DNA of 64,000 nt from assembly GCA_964247055.1 (NCBI GenBank), contig OZ176050.1, forward strand, positions 1,178,001-1,242,000. Reading direction: 5' to 3'. The notes beneath the pieces were generated by a model that saw nothing but the letters and a program-made list of their open reading frames with translations, ran no database searches and had not been told where the DNA came from. Source of the stretch: Paragordius varius. Taxonomy: Eukaryota > Animalia > Nematomorpha. The translations under genes and the position numbers were made by a program. Positions 26,831 through 42,010 of this stretch are shown here, one piece after another (the stretch's first letter is position 1; every line of letters starts with the position of its first letter).

Positions 26831-29800
26831 CAAAATATAGAGATAGTTTGGCAAACTCTTTCATATCCGATTTTTACAACGATACTTTAAAAATTAATGT
26901 ATAAAACTAGTCGCATCAATACTCAAGTTAAAGTTTGTCCTTAAAAATCGAATATTGGTCACCGGTGAACAAAATTATTTTTTATACATTCTCTTAGTAA
27001 GACTACATCAAAATATAGTTATAGTTTGACAAACTCTTTTATATCCGATTTTTACAACGATACTTTAAAAATTAATGTATAAAACTAGTCGCATCAATAC
27101 TCAAGTTAAACTTTGTCCTTAAAAATCGGATATTGGTCACCGGTGAACAAAATAATTTTTTATACATTCTCTTAGTAAGACTACAGCAAAATATAGATTT
27201 AGTTTGACAAACTCTTTCATATCCGATTTTTACAACGATACTCTAAAATTTAATGTATTAAACTAGTCGGATCAATACTCAAGTTAAACTTTGTCCTTAA
27301 AAATCGGATATTGGTCACCGGTGAACAAAATTATTTTTTATACATTCTCTTAGCAAGACTACATCAAAATATAGAGATAGTTTGACAAACTCTTTTATAT
27401 CCGATTTTTACAACGATACTTTAAAAATTAATGTATAAAACTAGTCGCATCAATACTCAAGTTAAACTTTGTCCTTAAAAATCGATTGGTCACCGGTGAA
27501 CAAAATTATTTTTTATACATTCTCTTAGTAAAACTACATCAAAATATAGAGATAGTTTGACAAACTCTTTCATATCCGATTTTTACAACGATACTTTAAA
27601 AATTAATGTATAAAACTAGTCGCATCAATACTCAAGTTAAAGTTTGTCCTTAAAAATCGAATATTGGTCACCGGTGAACAAAATTATTTTTTATACATTC
27701 TCTTAGTAAGACTACATCAAAATATAGCTATAGTTTGACAAACTCTTTTATATCCGATTTTTACAACGATACTTTAAAAATTAATGTTTAAAACTAGTCG
27801 TATCAATAAATCGCATAAATACTCAAGTTAAACTTTGTCCTTAAAAATCGGATATTGGTCACCGGTGAACAAAATTATTTTTTATACATTCTCTTAGTAG
27901 TACTACATCAAAATATAGAGATAGTTTGGCAAACTCTTTCATATCCGATTTCTACAACGATACTTTAAAAATTAATGTATAAAACTAGTCGCATCAATAC
28001 TCTAGTTAAACTTTGTCCTTAAAAATCGGATATTGGTCACCGGTGAACAAAATTATTTTTTATACATTCTCTTAGTAAGACTACATCGAAATATAGAGAT
28101 AGTTTGACAAACTTTTTCATATCCGATTTTTACAACGATACTTTAAAAATTATGGTATTAAACCAGTCGCATCAATACTCAAGTTAAACTTTGTCCTTAA
28201 AAATCGGATATTGGTCACCGGTGAAGAAAATTATTTCTTATACATTTTCTTAGTAAGACTACATCAAAATATAGAGATAGTTTGACAAACTCTTTCATAT
28301 CCGATTTTTAAAACGATACTTTAAAAAAATGTATTAAACTAATCGCATCAATACTCAAGTTAAACTTTGTCCTTAAAAATCGGATATTGGTCACCGGTGA
28401 ACAAAATTATTTTTTATACATTCTCTTAGTAAGACTACATGAAAATATAGAGATAGTTTGACAAATTCATTCATATCCGATTTTTACAACGATACTTTAA
28501 AAATTATTAAAACTAGTCGCATCAATAATCAAGTTAAACTTTGTCCTTAAAAATCGAATATACCGGTGAACAAAATTATTTTTTATACATTCTCTTAGTA
28601 GGACTAAATCAAAATATAGAGATAGTTTGACAAACTCTTTCATATCCGATTTTTACAACGATACTTTAAAAATAATGGTATTAAACCAGTCGCATCAATA
28701 CTCAAGTTAAACCTTGTCCTTAAAAATCGGATATTGGTCACCGGTGAACAAAATTTTTTTTTATACATTCTCTTAGTAAGACTACATCAAAATATAGAGA
28801 TAGTTTGACAAACTCTTTCATATCCGATTTTTACAACGATACTTTAAAAATTAATGTATTAAACTAGTCGCATCAATACTCAAGCTAAACATTGTCCTTA
28901 AAAATCGGATATTGGTCACCAGTGAACAAAACTATTTTTTATACATTCTCTTAGTAAGACTACATCAATATATAGAAATAGTTTGACAAACTCTTTCATA
29001 TCCGATTTTTACAACGATACTTTAAAAATTATTAAAACTAGTCGTATCAATACTCAAGTTAAATTTTGCCCTTAAAAATCGAATATACCGGTGAACAAAA
29101 TTATTTTATATACATTCTCTTAGTAAGACTACATCAAAATATAGAGATAGTTTGACAAACTCTTTCATATCCGATTTTTACAACGATATTTAAAAATTAA
29201 TGTATATAACTAGTCGTATCAATAAATCGCATCAATACTCAAGTTAAACTTTGTCCTTAAAAATCGGATATTGGTCACCGGTGAACAAAATTATTTTTTA
29301 TACATTCTCTTAGTAGGACTACATCAAAATATAGAGATAGTATGGCAAACTTTTTCATAATCGATTTTTACAACGATACTTTAAAATTAATGTATAAAAC
29401 TAGTTGCATCAATACTCAAGTTAAACTTTGTCCTTAAAAATCGGATATTGGTCACCGGTGACAAAATTTTTTTTATACATTCTCTTAGTAAGACTACATC
29501 AAAATATAGAGATAGTTTGACAAACTCTTTCATATCCGATTTTTACAACGATACTTTAAAAATTAATGTATTAAACTAGTCGCATCAATACTCAAGTTAA
29601 ACTTTGTCCTTAAAAATCGGATATTGGTCACCGGTGAACAAAATTATTTTTTATACATTCTCTTAGTAAGACTACATCAAAATATAGAGATAGTTTGACA
29701 AACTCTTTCATATCCGATTTTTACAACGATACTTTAAAAATTATGGTATTAAACCAGTCGCATCAATACTCAAGTTAAACTTTGTCCTTAAAAATCGGAT

Positions 29801-32290
29801 ATTGGTCACCGGTGAACAAAATTATTTTTTATACATTCTCTTAGTAAGACTACATCACAATATAGAGATAGTTTGACCTCTTTCATATCCGATTTTTACA
29901 ACTTACTTTAAAAATTAATGTATAAAACTAGTCGCATCAATACTCAAGTTAAATTTGTCCTTAAAAATGGGATATTGGTCAGCGGTGAAGAAAATAATTT
30001 TTTATACATTCTCTTAGTAAGACTACATCAAAATATAGAGATAGTTTGACAAACTCTTTCATATCCGATTTTTACAACGATACTTTAAAAATTAATGTAT
30101 TACACTAATCGCATCAATACTCAAGTTAAACTTTGTCCTTAAAAACGGATATTGGTCACCGGTGAACAAAATTATTTTTTATACATTCTCTTAGTAAGAC
30201 TACATGAAAATATAGAGATAGTTTGACAAATTCATTCATATCCGATTTTTACAACGATACTTTAAAAATTATTAAAACTAGTCGCATCAATAATCAAGTT
30301 AAACTTTGTCCTTAAAAATCGAATATACCGGTGAAAAAAATTATTTTTTATACATTCTCTTAGTAGGACTACATCAAAATATAGAGATAGTTTGGCAAAC
30401 TTTTTCATAATCGATTTTTACAACGATACTTTAAAAATTAATGTATAAAACTAGTCGCATCAATACTCAAGTTAAACTTTGTCCTTAAAAATCGGATATT
30501 GGTCACCGGTGAACAAAACTATTTTTTATACATTCTCTTAGTAGGACTACATCAAAATATAGAGATAGTTTGGCAAACTCTTTCATATCCAATTTTTACA
30601 ACGATACTTTAAAAATTAATGTATAAAACTAGTCGCATCAATACTCAAGTTAAACTTTGTCCTTAAAAATCGGATATTGGTCACCGGTGAACAAAATTAT
30701 TTTTTATACATTCTCTTAGTAAGACTACATCGAAATATAGAGATAGTTTGACAAACTTTTTCATATCCGATTTTTACAACGATACTTTAAAAATTATGGT
30801 ATTAAACCAGTCGCATCAATACTCAAGTTAAACTTTGTCCTTAAAAATCGGATATTGGTCACCGGTGAACAAAATTATTTTATATACATTCTCTTAGTAA
30901 GACTACATCAAAATATAGAGATAGTTTGACAAACTCTTTCATATCCGATTTTTACAACGATACTTTAAAAATTAATGTATAAAACTAGTCGCATCAATAC
31001 TCAAGCTAAACATTGTCCTTAAAAATCATATATTGATCACCGGTGAACAAAATTATTTTTTATACATTCTCTTAGTAAGACTACATCAAAATATAGAGAT
31101 AGTTTGACAAACTTTTTCATATCCGATTTTTACAACGATACTTTAAAAATTATGGTATTAAACCAGTCGCATCAATACTCAAGTTAAACATTGTCCTTAA
31201 AAATCGGATATTGGTCACCGGTGAACAAAATTATTTTATATACATTCTCTTAGTAAGACTACATCAAAATATAGAGATAGTTTGACAAACTCTTTCATAT
31301 CCGATTCTTACAACGATATTTAAAAATCAATGTATAAAACTAGTCGTATCAATAAATCGCATCAATACTCAAGTTAAACTTTGTCCTTAAAAATCGGATA
31401 TTGGTCACCGGTGAAGAAAATTATTTCTTATACATTCTCTTAGTAAGACTACATCGAAATATAGAGATAGTTTGACAAACTTTTTCATATCCGATTTTTA
31501 CAACGATACTTTAAAAATTATGGTATTAAACCAGTCGCATCAATACTCAAGTTAAACTTTGTCCTTAAAAATCGGATATTGGTCACCGGTGAACAAAATT
31601 ATTTTATATACATTCTCTTAGTAAGACTACATCAAAATATAGAGATAGTTTGACAAACTCTTTCATATCCGATTTTTACAACGATACTTTAAAAATTATT
31701 AAAACTAGTCGCATCAATAATCAAGTTAAACTTTGTCCTTAAAAATCGAATATACCGGTGAACAGAATTATTTTTTATACATTCTCTTAGTAGGACTACA
31801 TCAAAATATAGAGATAGTTTGACAAACTCTTTCATATCCGATTTTTACAACGATACTTTAAAAATTAATGTATTAAACTAGTCGCATCAATACTCAAGCT
31901 AAACATTGTCCTTAAAAATCGGATATTGGTCACCGGTGAACAAAACTATTTTTTATACATTCTCTTAGTAAGACTACATCAATATATAGAAATAGTTTGA
32001 CAAACTCTTTCATATCCGATTTTTACAACGATACTTTAAAAATTATTAAAACTAGTCGTATCAATACTCAAGTTAAACTTTGCCCTTAAAAATCGAATAT
32101 ACCGGTGAACAAAATTATTTTATATACATTCTCTTAGTAAGACTACATCAAAATATAGAGATAGTTTGACAAACTCTTTCATATCCGATTTTTACAACGA
32201 TATTTAAAAATTAATGTATATAACTAGTCGTATCAATAAATCGCATCAATACTCAAGTTAAACTTTGTCCTTAAAAATCGGATATTGGTC

Positions 32291-35113
32291 ACCGGTGAAC
32301 AAAATTATTTTTTATACATTCTCTTAGTAGGACTACATCAAAATATAGAGATAGTATGGCAAACTTTTTCATAATCGATTTTTACAACGATACTTTAAAA
32401 TTAATGTATAAAACTAGTTGCATCAATACTCAAGTTAAACTTTGTCCTTAAAAATCGGATATTGGTCACCGGTGAACAAAATTTTTTTTATACATTCTCT
32501 TAGTAAGACTACATCAAAATATAGTAGTTTGATAAACTCTTTCATATCCGATTTTTACAACGATACCATTAAAATTAATGTATTAAACTAGTCGCATCAA
32601 TACTCAAGCTAAACTTTGTCCTTAAACATCGGATATTGGTCACCGGTGAACAAAACTATTTTTTATACATTCTCTTAGTAAGACTACATCAAAATATAGA
32701 GATAGTTTGACAAACTCTTTCATATCCGATTTTTACAACGATACTTTAAAAATTATGGTATTAAACCAGTCGCATCAATACTCAAGTTAAACTTTGTCCT
32801 TAAAAATCGGATATTGGTCACCGGTGAACAATATTATTTTTTATACATTCTCTTAGTAAGACTACATCAAAATATAGAGATAGTTTGACCTCTTTCATAT
32901 CCGATTTTTACAGCGATACTTTAGAAATTAATGTATTAAACCAGTCGCATCAATACTCAAGTTAAACTTTGTCCTTAAAAATCGGATATTGGTCACCGGT
33001 GAACAAAATTATTTTTTATACATTCTCTTAGTAAGACTACATCAAAATATAGAGATAGTTTGACCTCTTTCATATCCGATTTTTACAACATACTTTAAAA
33101 ATTAATGTATAAAACTAGTCGCATCAATACTCAAGTTAAATTTGTCCTTAAAAATGGGATATTGGTCAGCGGTGAAGAAAATAATTTTTTATACATTCTC
33201 TTAGTAAGACTACATCAAAATATAGAGATAGTTTGACAAACTCTTTCATATCCGATTTTTACAACGATACTTTAAAAATTAATGTATTAAACTAATCGCA
33301 TCAATACTCAAGTTAAACTTTGTCCTTAAAAACGGATATTGGTCACCGGTGAACAAAATTATTTTTTATACATTCTCTTAGTAAGACTACATGAAAATAT
33401 AGAGATAGTTTGACAAATTCATTCATATCCGATTTTTACAACGATACTTTAAAAATTATTAAAACTAGTCGCATCAATAATCAAGTTAAACTTTGTCCTT
33501 AAAAATCGAATATACCGGTGAAAAAAATTATTTTTTATACATTATCTTAGTAGGACTACATCAAAATATAGAGATAGTTTGACAAACTCTTTCATATCCG
33601 ATTTTTACAACGATACTTTAAAAATTATTAAAACTAGTCGCATCAATAATCAAGTTAAACTTTGTCCTTAAAAATCGAATATACCGGTGAACAAAATTAT
33701 TTTTTATACATTCTCTTAGTAGGACTACATCAAAATATAGAGATAGTATGGCAAACTTTTTCATAATCGATTTTTACAACGATACTTTAAAATTAATGTA
33801 TAAAACTAGTTGCATCAATACTCAAGTTAAACTTTGTCCTTAAAAATCGGATATTGGTCACCGGTGAACAAAATTTTTTTTATACATTCTCTTAGTAAGA
33901 CTACATCAAAATATAGTAGTTTGATAAACTCTTTCATATCCGATTTTTACAACGATACTATTAAAATTAATGTATTAAACTAGTCGCATCAATACTCAAG
34001 CTAAACTTTGTCCTTAAACATCGGATATTGGTCACCGGTGAACAAAACTATTTTTTATACATTCTCTTAGTAAGACTACATCAAAATATAGAGATAGTTT
34101 GACAAACTCTTTCATATCCGATTTTTACAACGATACTTTAAAAATTATGGTATTAAACCAGTCGCATCAATACTCAAGTTAAACTTTGTCCTTAAAAATC
34201 GGATATTGGTCACCGGTGAACAATATTATTTTTTATACATTCTCTTAGTAAGACTACATCAAAATATAGAGATAGTTTGACCTCTTTCATATCCGATTTT
34301 TACAGCGATACTTTAGAAATTAATGTATTAAACCAGTCGCATCAATACTCAAGTTAAACTTTGTCCTTAAAAATCGGATATTGGTCACCGGTGAACAAAA
34401 TTATTTTTTATACATTCTCTTAGTAAGACTACATCAAAATATAGAGATAGTTTGACCTCTTTCATATCCGATTTTTACAACATACTTTAAAAATTAATGT
34501 ATAAAACTAGTCGCATCAATACTCAAGTTAAATTTGTCCTTAAAAATGGGATATTGGTCAGCGGTGAAGAAAATAATTTTTTATACATTCTCTTAGTAAG
34601 ACTACATCAAAATATAGAGATAGTTTGACAAACTCTTTCATATCCGATTTTTACAACGATACTTTAAAAATTAATGTATTAAACTAATCGCATCAATACT
34701 CAAGTTAAACTTTGTCCTTAAAAACGGATATTGGTCACCGGTGAACAAAATTATTTTTTATACATTCTCTTAGTAAGACTACATGAAAATATAGAGATAG
34801 TTTGACAAATTCATTCATATCCGATTTTTACAACGATACTTTAAAAATTATTAAAACTAGTCGCATCAATAATCAAGTTAAACTTTGTCCTTAAAAATCG
34901 AATATACCGGTGAAAAAAATTATTTTTTATACATTATCTTAGTAGGACTACATCAAAATATAGAGATAGTTTGACAAACTCTTTCATATCCGATTTTTAC
35001 AACGATACTTTAAAAATTATTAAAACTAGTCGCATCAATAATCAAGTTAAACTTTGTCCTTAAAAATCGAATATACCGGTGAACAAAATTATTTTTTATA
35101 CATTCTCTTAGTA
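32291..35113 (+). repeat. 8-monomer tandem duplication, period 1,392 bp
   Basis: atagtagtttgataa at 32521/33913; agcggtgaag at 33168/34560; gatagtatgg at 32350/33742. Confidence 0.9.
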
Positions 35114-37410
35114 AGACTACATGAAAATATAGAGATAGTTTGACAAACTCTTTCATATCCGATTTTTACAACGATACTTTAAAAATTAATGTATTAAACT
35201 AGTCGCATCAATATTCAAGTTAAACTTTGTGCTTAAAAATCGGATATTGGTCACCGGTGAACAAAATTATTTTTTAGACATTCTCTTAGTAAGACTACAT
35301 GAAAATATAGAGATAGTTTGACAAATTCATTCATATCCGATTTTTACAACGATACTTTAAAAATTATTAAAACTAGTCGCATCAATAATCAAGTTAAACT
35401 TTGTCCTTAAAAATCGAATATACCGGTGAACAAAATTATTTTATATACATTCTCTTAGTAAGACTACATCAAAATGATAGTTTGACAAACTCTTTCATAT
35501 CCGATTTTTACAACGATATTTAAAAATTAATGTATAAAACTAGTCGTATCAATAAATCGCATCAATACTCAAGTTAAACTTTGTCCTTAAAAATCGGATA
35601 TTGGTCACCGGTGAACAAAATTATTTTTATACATTCTCTTAGTAGGACTACATCAAAATATAGAGATAGTTTGGCAAACTTTTTCATAATCGATTTTTAC
35701 AACGATACTTTAAAAATTAATGTATAAAACTAGTCGCATCAATACTCAAGTTAAACTTTGTCCTTAAAAATCGGATATTGGTCACCGGTGAACAAAATTA
35801 TTTTTTATACATTCTCTTAGTAAGACTACATCAAAATATAGTAGTTTGACAAACTCTTTCATATCCGATTTTTACAACGATACTATTAAAATTAATGTAT
35901 TAAACTAGTCGCATCAATACTCAAGCTAAACATTGTCCTTAAAAATCGGATATTGGTCACCGGTGAACAAAACTATTTTTTATACATTCTCTTAGTAAGA
36001 CTACATTAAAATATAGAGATAGTTTGACAAACTCCTTCATATCCGATTTTTACAACGATACTTTAAAAATTAATGTATTAAACTAGTCGCATCAATACTC
36101 AAGTTAAACTTTGTCCTTAAAAATCGGATATTGGTCACCGGTGAACAAAATTATTTTTTATACATTCTCTTAGTAGACTACATCAAAATATAGAGATAGT
36201 TTGACAAACTCTTTCATATCCGATTTTTACAACGATACTTTAAAAATTATGGTATTAAACCAGTCGCATCAATACTCAAGTTAAACTGTGTCTTTAAAAA
36301 TCGGATATTGGTCACCGGTGAACAAAATTATTTTTTATACATTCTCTTAGTAAGACTACATCAAAATATAGAGATAGTTTGACCTCTTTCATATCCGATT
36401 TTTACAACATACTTTAAAAATTAATGTATAAAACTAGTCGCATCAATACTCAAGTTAAATTTTGTCCTTAAAAATGGGATATTGGTCAGCGGTGAAGAAA
36501 ATTATTTTTTATACATTCTCTTAGTAAAACTACATCAAAATATAGAGATAGTTTGACAAACTCTTTCATATCCGATTTTTACAACGATACTTTAAAAATT
36601 AATGTATTAAACTAATCGCATCAATACTCAAGTTAAACTTTGTCTTTAAAAACGGATATTGGTCACCGGTGAACAAAATTATTTTTTATACATTCTCTTA
36701 GTAAGACTACATGAAAATATAGAGATAGTTTGACAAATTCATTCATATCCGATTTTTACAACGATACTTTAAAAATTATTAAAACTAGTCGCATCAATAA
36801 TCAAGTTAAACTTTGTCCTTAAAAATCGAATATACCGGTGAAAAAAATTATTTTTTATACATTCTCTTAGTAGGACTACATCAAAATATAGAAATAGTTT
36901 GACAAACTCTTTCATATCCGATTTTTACAACGATACTTTATAAATTATGGTATTAAACCAGTCGCATCAATACTCAAGTTAAACTTTGTCCTTAAACATC
37001 GGATATTGGTCACCGGTGAACAAAACTATTTTTTATACATTCTCTTAGTAAGACTACATCAAAATATAGAGATAGTTTGACAAACTCTTTCATATCCGAT
37101 TTTTACAACGATACTTTAAAAATTAATGTATTAAACTAGTCGCATCAATACTCAAGTTAAACTTTGTCCTTTAAAATCGGATATTGATCACCGGTGAACA
37201 AAATTATTTTTTATACATTCTCTTAGTAAGACTACATCAAAATATATAAATAGTTTGACAAACTCTTTCATATCCGATATTACAACGATACTTTAAAAAT
37301 TAATGTATAAAACTAGTCGCATCAATACTCAAGTTAAACTTTGTCCTTAAAAATCGGATATTCGTCACCGGTGAACAAAATTATTTTTTATACATTCTCT
37401 TAGTAAGACT

Positions 37411-37547
37411 ACATCAAAATATAGAAATAGTTTGACAAACTCTTTCATATCCGATATTACAACGATAAAGCTAAACATTGTCCTTAAAAATCGGATATTG
37501 GTCACTGGTGAACAAAACTATTTTTTATACATTCTCTTAGTAAGACT
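37411..37547 (+). repeat. First short monomer (137 bp: 40-bp internal deletion plus 1-bp shortening)
   Basis: ccgatattacaacgata|aagctaaacattg; acatcaaaat at 37411 and 37548. Confidence 0.92.
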
Positions 37548-40500
37548 ACATCAAAATATAGAGATAGTTTGACAAACTCTTTCATATCCGATTTTTACAG
37601 CGATACTTTAAAAAGTAATGTATTAAACTAGTCGCATCAATACTCAAGTTAAACTTTATCCTTAAAAATCGGATATTGGTCACCGGTGAACAAAATTATT
37701 TTTTATACATTCTCTTAGTAAGACTACATCAAAATATAGAGATAGTTTGACAAACTCTTTCTTATCCGATTTTTACAACGATACTTTAAAAATTATGGTA
37801 TTAAACCAGTCGCATCAATACTCAAGTATAACTTTGTCATTAAAAATCGGATATTGGTCACCGGTGAACAAAATTATTTTATATACATTCTCTTAGTAAG
37901 ACTACATCAAAATATAGAGATAGTTTGACAAACTCTTTCATATCCGATTTTTACAACGATACTTTAAAAATTAATGTATAAAACTAGTCGCATCAATACT
38001 CAAGCTAAAATTGTCCTTAAAAATCGGATATTGGTCACCGGTGAACAAAACTATTTTTTATACATTCTCTTAGTAAGACTATATCATTATATAGAGATAG
38101 TTTGACAAACTCTTTCATAACCGATTTTTACAACGATATTTAAGAATTAATGTATAAAACTAGTCGTATCAATAAATAGCATCAATACTCAAGTTAAACT
38201 TTGTCCTTAAAAATCGGATATTGGTCACCGATGAACAAAATTATTTTTTATACATTCTCTTAGTAGGACTACATCAAAATATAGAGATAGTTTGGCAAAC
38301 TTTTTTATAATCGATTTTTACAACGATACTTTAAAAATTAATGTATAAAACTAGTCGCATCAATACTCAAGCTAAACATTGTCCTTAAAAATCGGATATT
38401 GGTCACCGGTGAACTAAACTATTTTTTATACATTCTCTTAGTAAGACTACATCAAAATATAGAAATAGTTTGACAAACTCTTTCATATCCGATTTTTACA
38501 AAGATACTTTAAAAATTATTAAAACTAGTCGCATCAATACTCAAGTTAAACTTTGTCCTTAAAAATCGAATATACCGGTGAACAAAATTATTTTATATAC
38601 ATTCTCTTAGTAAGACTACATTAAAATATAGAGATAGTTTGACAAACTCTTTAATATCCGATTTTTACAACGATATTTAAAAATTAATGTATAAAATTAG
38701 TCGTATCAATAAATCGCATCAATACTCAAGTTAAACTTTGTCCTTAAAAATCGGATATTGGTCACCTTATTTTTTATACCTTCTCTTAGTAAGACTACAT
38801 AAAAATAAAGAGATAGTTTGACAAACTCTTTCATATCCGATTTTTACAACGATACTTTAAAAATTAATGTATAAAACTAGTCGTATCAATAAATCGTATC
38901 AATACTCAAGTTAAACTTTGTCCTTAAAAATCGGATATTGGTAACCGGTGAACAAAATTATTTTTTATACATTCTCTTAGTAGGACTACATCAAAATATA
39001 GAGATAGTTTGGCAAACTCTTTCTTATCCGATTTTTACAACGATACTTTAAAAATTATGGAATTAAACCAGTCGCAATACTCAAGTTAAACTTTGTCCTT
39101 AAAAATCGGATATTGGTCACCGGTGAACAAAACTATTTTTTATACATTCTCTTAGTAAGACTACATCAAAATATAGAGATAGTTTGACAAACTCTTTCAT
39201 ATCCGATTTTTACAACAATTCTTTAAAAATTAATGTATTAAACTAGTCGCATCAATACTCAAGTTAAACTTTATCCTTAAAAATCAGATATTGGTCACCG
39301 GTGAACAAAATTATTTTTTATACATTCTCTTAGTAGGACTACATCAAAATATAGAGATAATTTGGCAAACTCTTTCATATCCGATTTTTACAACGATACT
39401 TTAAAAATTATGGTATTAAACCAGTCGCATCAATACTCAAGTTAAACTTTGTCCTTAAAAATCAGATATTGGTCACCGGTGAACAAAATTATTTTTTATA
39501 CATTCTCTTAGTAGGACTACATCAAAATATAGAGATAGTTTGGCAAACTCTTTCATATCCGATTTTTACAACGATACTTTAAAAATTATGGTATTAAACG
39601 AGTCGCATCAATACTCAAGTTAAACTTTGTCCTTAAAAATCGGATATTGGTCACCGGTGAACAAAACTATTTTTTATACATTCTCTTAGTAAGACTACAT
39701 CAAAATATAGAGATAGTTTGACAAACTCTTTCATATCCGATTTTTACAACGATACTTTAAAAATTAATGTATTAAACTAGTCGCAATACTCAAGTTAAAC
39801 TTTGTCCTTAAAAATCGGATATTGGTCACCGGTGAACAAAATTATTTTTTATACATTCTCATAGTAAGACTACATCAAAATATAGAGATAGTTTGACAAA
39901 CTCTTTCATATCCGATTTTTACAACGATACTTTAAAAATTATGGTATTAAACCAGTCTATCAATATTCAAGTATAACTTTGTCCTTAAAAATCGGATATT
40001 GGTCACCGGTGAACAAAATTATTTTATATACATTCTCTTAGTAAGACTACATCAAAATATAAAGATAGTTTGACAAACTCTTTCATATCCAATTTTTACA
40101 ACGATACTTTAAAAATTAATGTATAAAACTAGTCGCATCAATACTCAAGCTAAACATTGTCCTTAAAAATCGGATATTGGTCACCGGTGAACAAAACTAT
40201 TTTTTATACATTCTCTTAGTAAGACTACATCATTATATAGAGATAGTTTGACAAACTCTTTCATATCCGATTTTTACAACGATATTTAAAAATTAATGTA
40301 TAAAACTAGTCGTATCAATAAATAGCATCAATACTCAAGTTAAACTTTGTCCTTAAGAATCGGATATTGGTCACCGATGAACAAAATTATTTTTTATACA
40401 TTCTCTTAGTAGGACTACATCAAAATATAGAGATAGTTTGGCAAACTTTTTCATAATCGATTTTTACAACGATACTTTAAAAATTAATGTATAAAACTAG

Positions 40501-40859
40501 TCGCATCAATACTCAAGTTATTTGTCCTTAAAAATCGGATATTGGTCACCGGTGAACAAAATTATTTTTTATAGATTCTCTTAGTAAAACTACATCAAAA
40601 TATAGAAATAGTTTGACAAATTCTTTCATATCCGATTTTTACAACAATACTTTAAAAATTAATGTATAAAACTAGTCGCATCAATACTCAAGTTAAATTT
40701 TGTCCTTAAAAATGGGATATTGGTCACCGGTGAACAAAACTATTTTTTATACATTCTCTTAGTAAGACTACATTAAAATATAGAGATAGTTTGACAAACT
40801 ATTTCATATCCGATTTTTACAACGATACTTTAGAAATTAATGTATTAAACTAGTCGCAT

Positions 40860-42010
40860 CAATACTCAAGTTTAACTTTGTCCTTAAAAATCGGATATTG
40901 GTCACCGGTGAACAAAACTATTTTTTATACATTCTCTTAGTAGGACTACATCAAAGAGATAGTTTGGCAAACTCTTTCATATCCGATTTTTACAGCGATA
41001 CTTTAAAAATTAATGTATTAAACAAGTCGCATCAATACTCAAGTTAAACTTTGTCCTTAAAAATCGGATATTGGTCACCGGTGAACGAAACTATTTTTTA
41101 TACATTCTCTTAGTAGGACTACATCAAAATATAGAGATAGTTTGGCAAACTCTTTCATATCCGATTTTTACAGCGATACTTTAAAAATTAATGTATTAAA
41201 CTAGTCGCATCAATACTCAAGTTAAACTTTGTCCTTAAAAATCGGATATTGGTCACCGGTGAACAAAACTATTTTTTTTACATTCTCTTAGTAAGACTAC
41301 ATCAAAATATAGAGATAGTTTGACAAACTCTTTCATATCCGATTTTTACAGCGATACTTTAAAAATTAATGTATTAAACTAGTCGCATCAATACTCAAGT
41401 TAAACTTTGTCCTTAAAAATCGGATATTGGTCACCGGTGAACGAAACTATTTTTTATACATTCTCTTAGTAGGTCTACATCAAAATATAGAGATAGTTTA
41501 GCAAACTCTTTCATATCCGATTTTTACAACGATACTTTAAAAATTATGGTATTAAACCAGTCGCATCAATACTCAAGTTTAACTTTGTCCTTAAAAATCG
41601 GATATTGGTCACCGGTGAACAAAACTATTTTTTATACATTCTCTTAGTAGGACTACATCAAAGAGATAGTTTGGCAAACTCTTTCATATCCGATTTTTAC
41701 AGCGATACTTTAAAAATTAATGTATTAAACAAGTCGCATCAATACTCAAGTTAAACTTTGTCCTTAAAAATCGGATATTGGTCACCGGTGAACGAAACTA
41801 TTTTTTATACATTCTCTTAGTAGGACTACATCAAAATATAGAGATAGTTTGGCAAACTCTTTCAATCCGATTTTTACAGCGATACTTTAAAAATTAATGT
41901 ATTAAACTAGTCGCATCAATACTCAAGTTAAACTTTGTCCTTAAAAATCGGATATTGGTCACCGGTGAACAAAACTATTTTTTATACATTCTCTTAGTAG
42001 GTCTACATCA
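40860..42010 (+). repeat. 4-monomer local duplication, period 707 bp
   Basis: tcaaagagat (5-bp deletion) at 40951 and 41658; present only once (~52,995) in the second 12-kb copy. Confidence 0.8.

Larger units (their letters stand above)
28050..39430 (+). repeat. More divergent, indel-rich satellite domain with its own variant set
   Basis: Variants enriched in or restricted to this domain: tatggtattaaacc, aaaattattaaaact, cgaatataccgg, tttgacctc, acatgaaaa/aaattcattc, ggtcagcggtgaag, cataatcgatt. Partial duplications at offsets 3,014 (28961/31975) and 3,187 (29871/33058). Confidence 0.85.
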
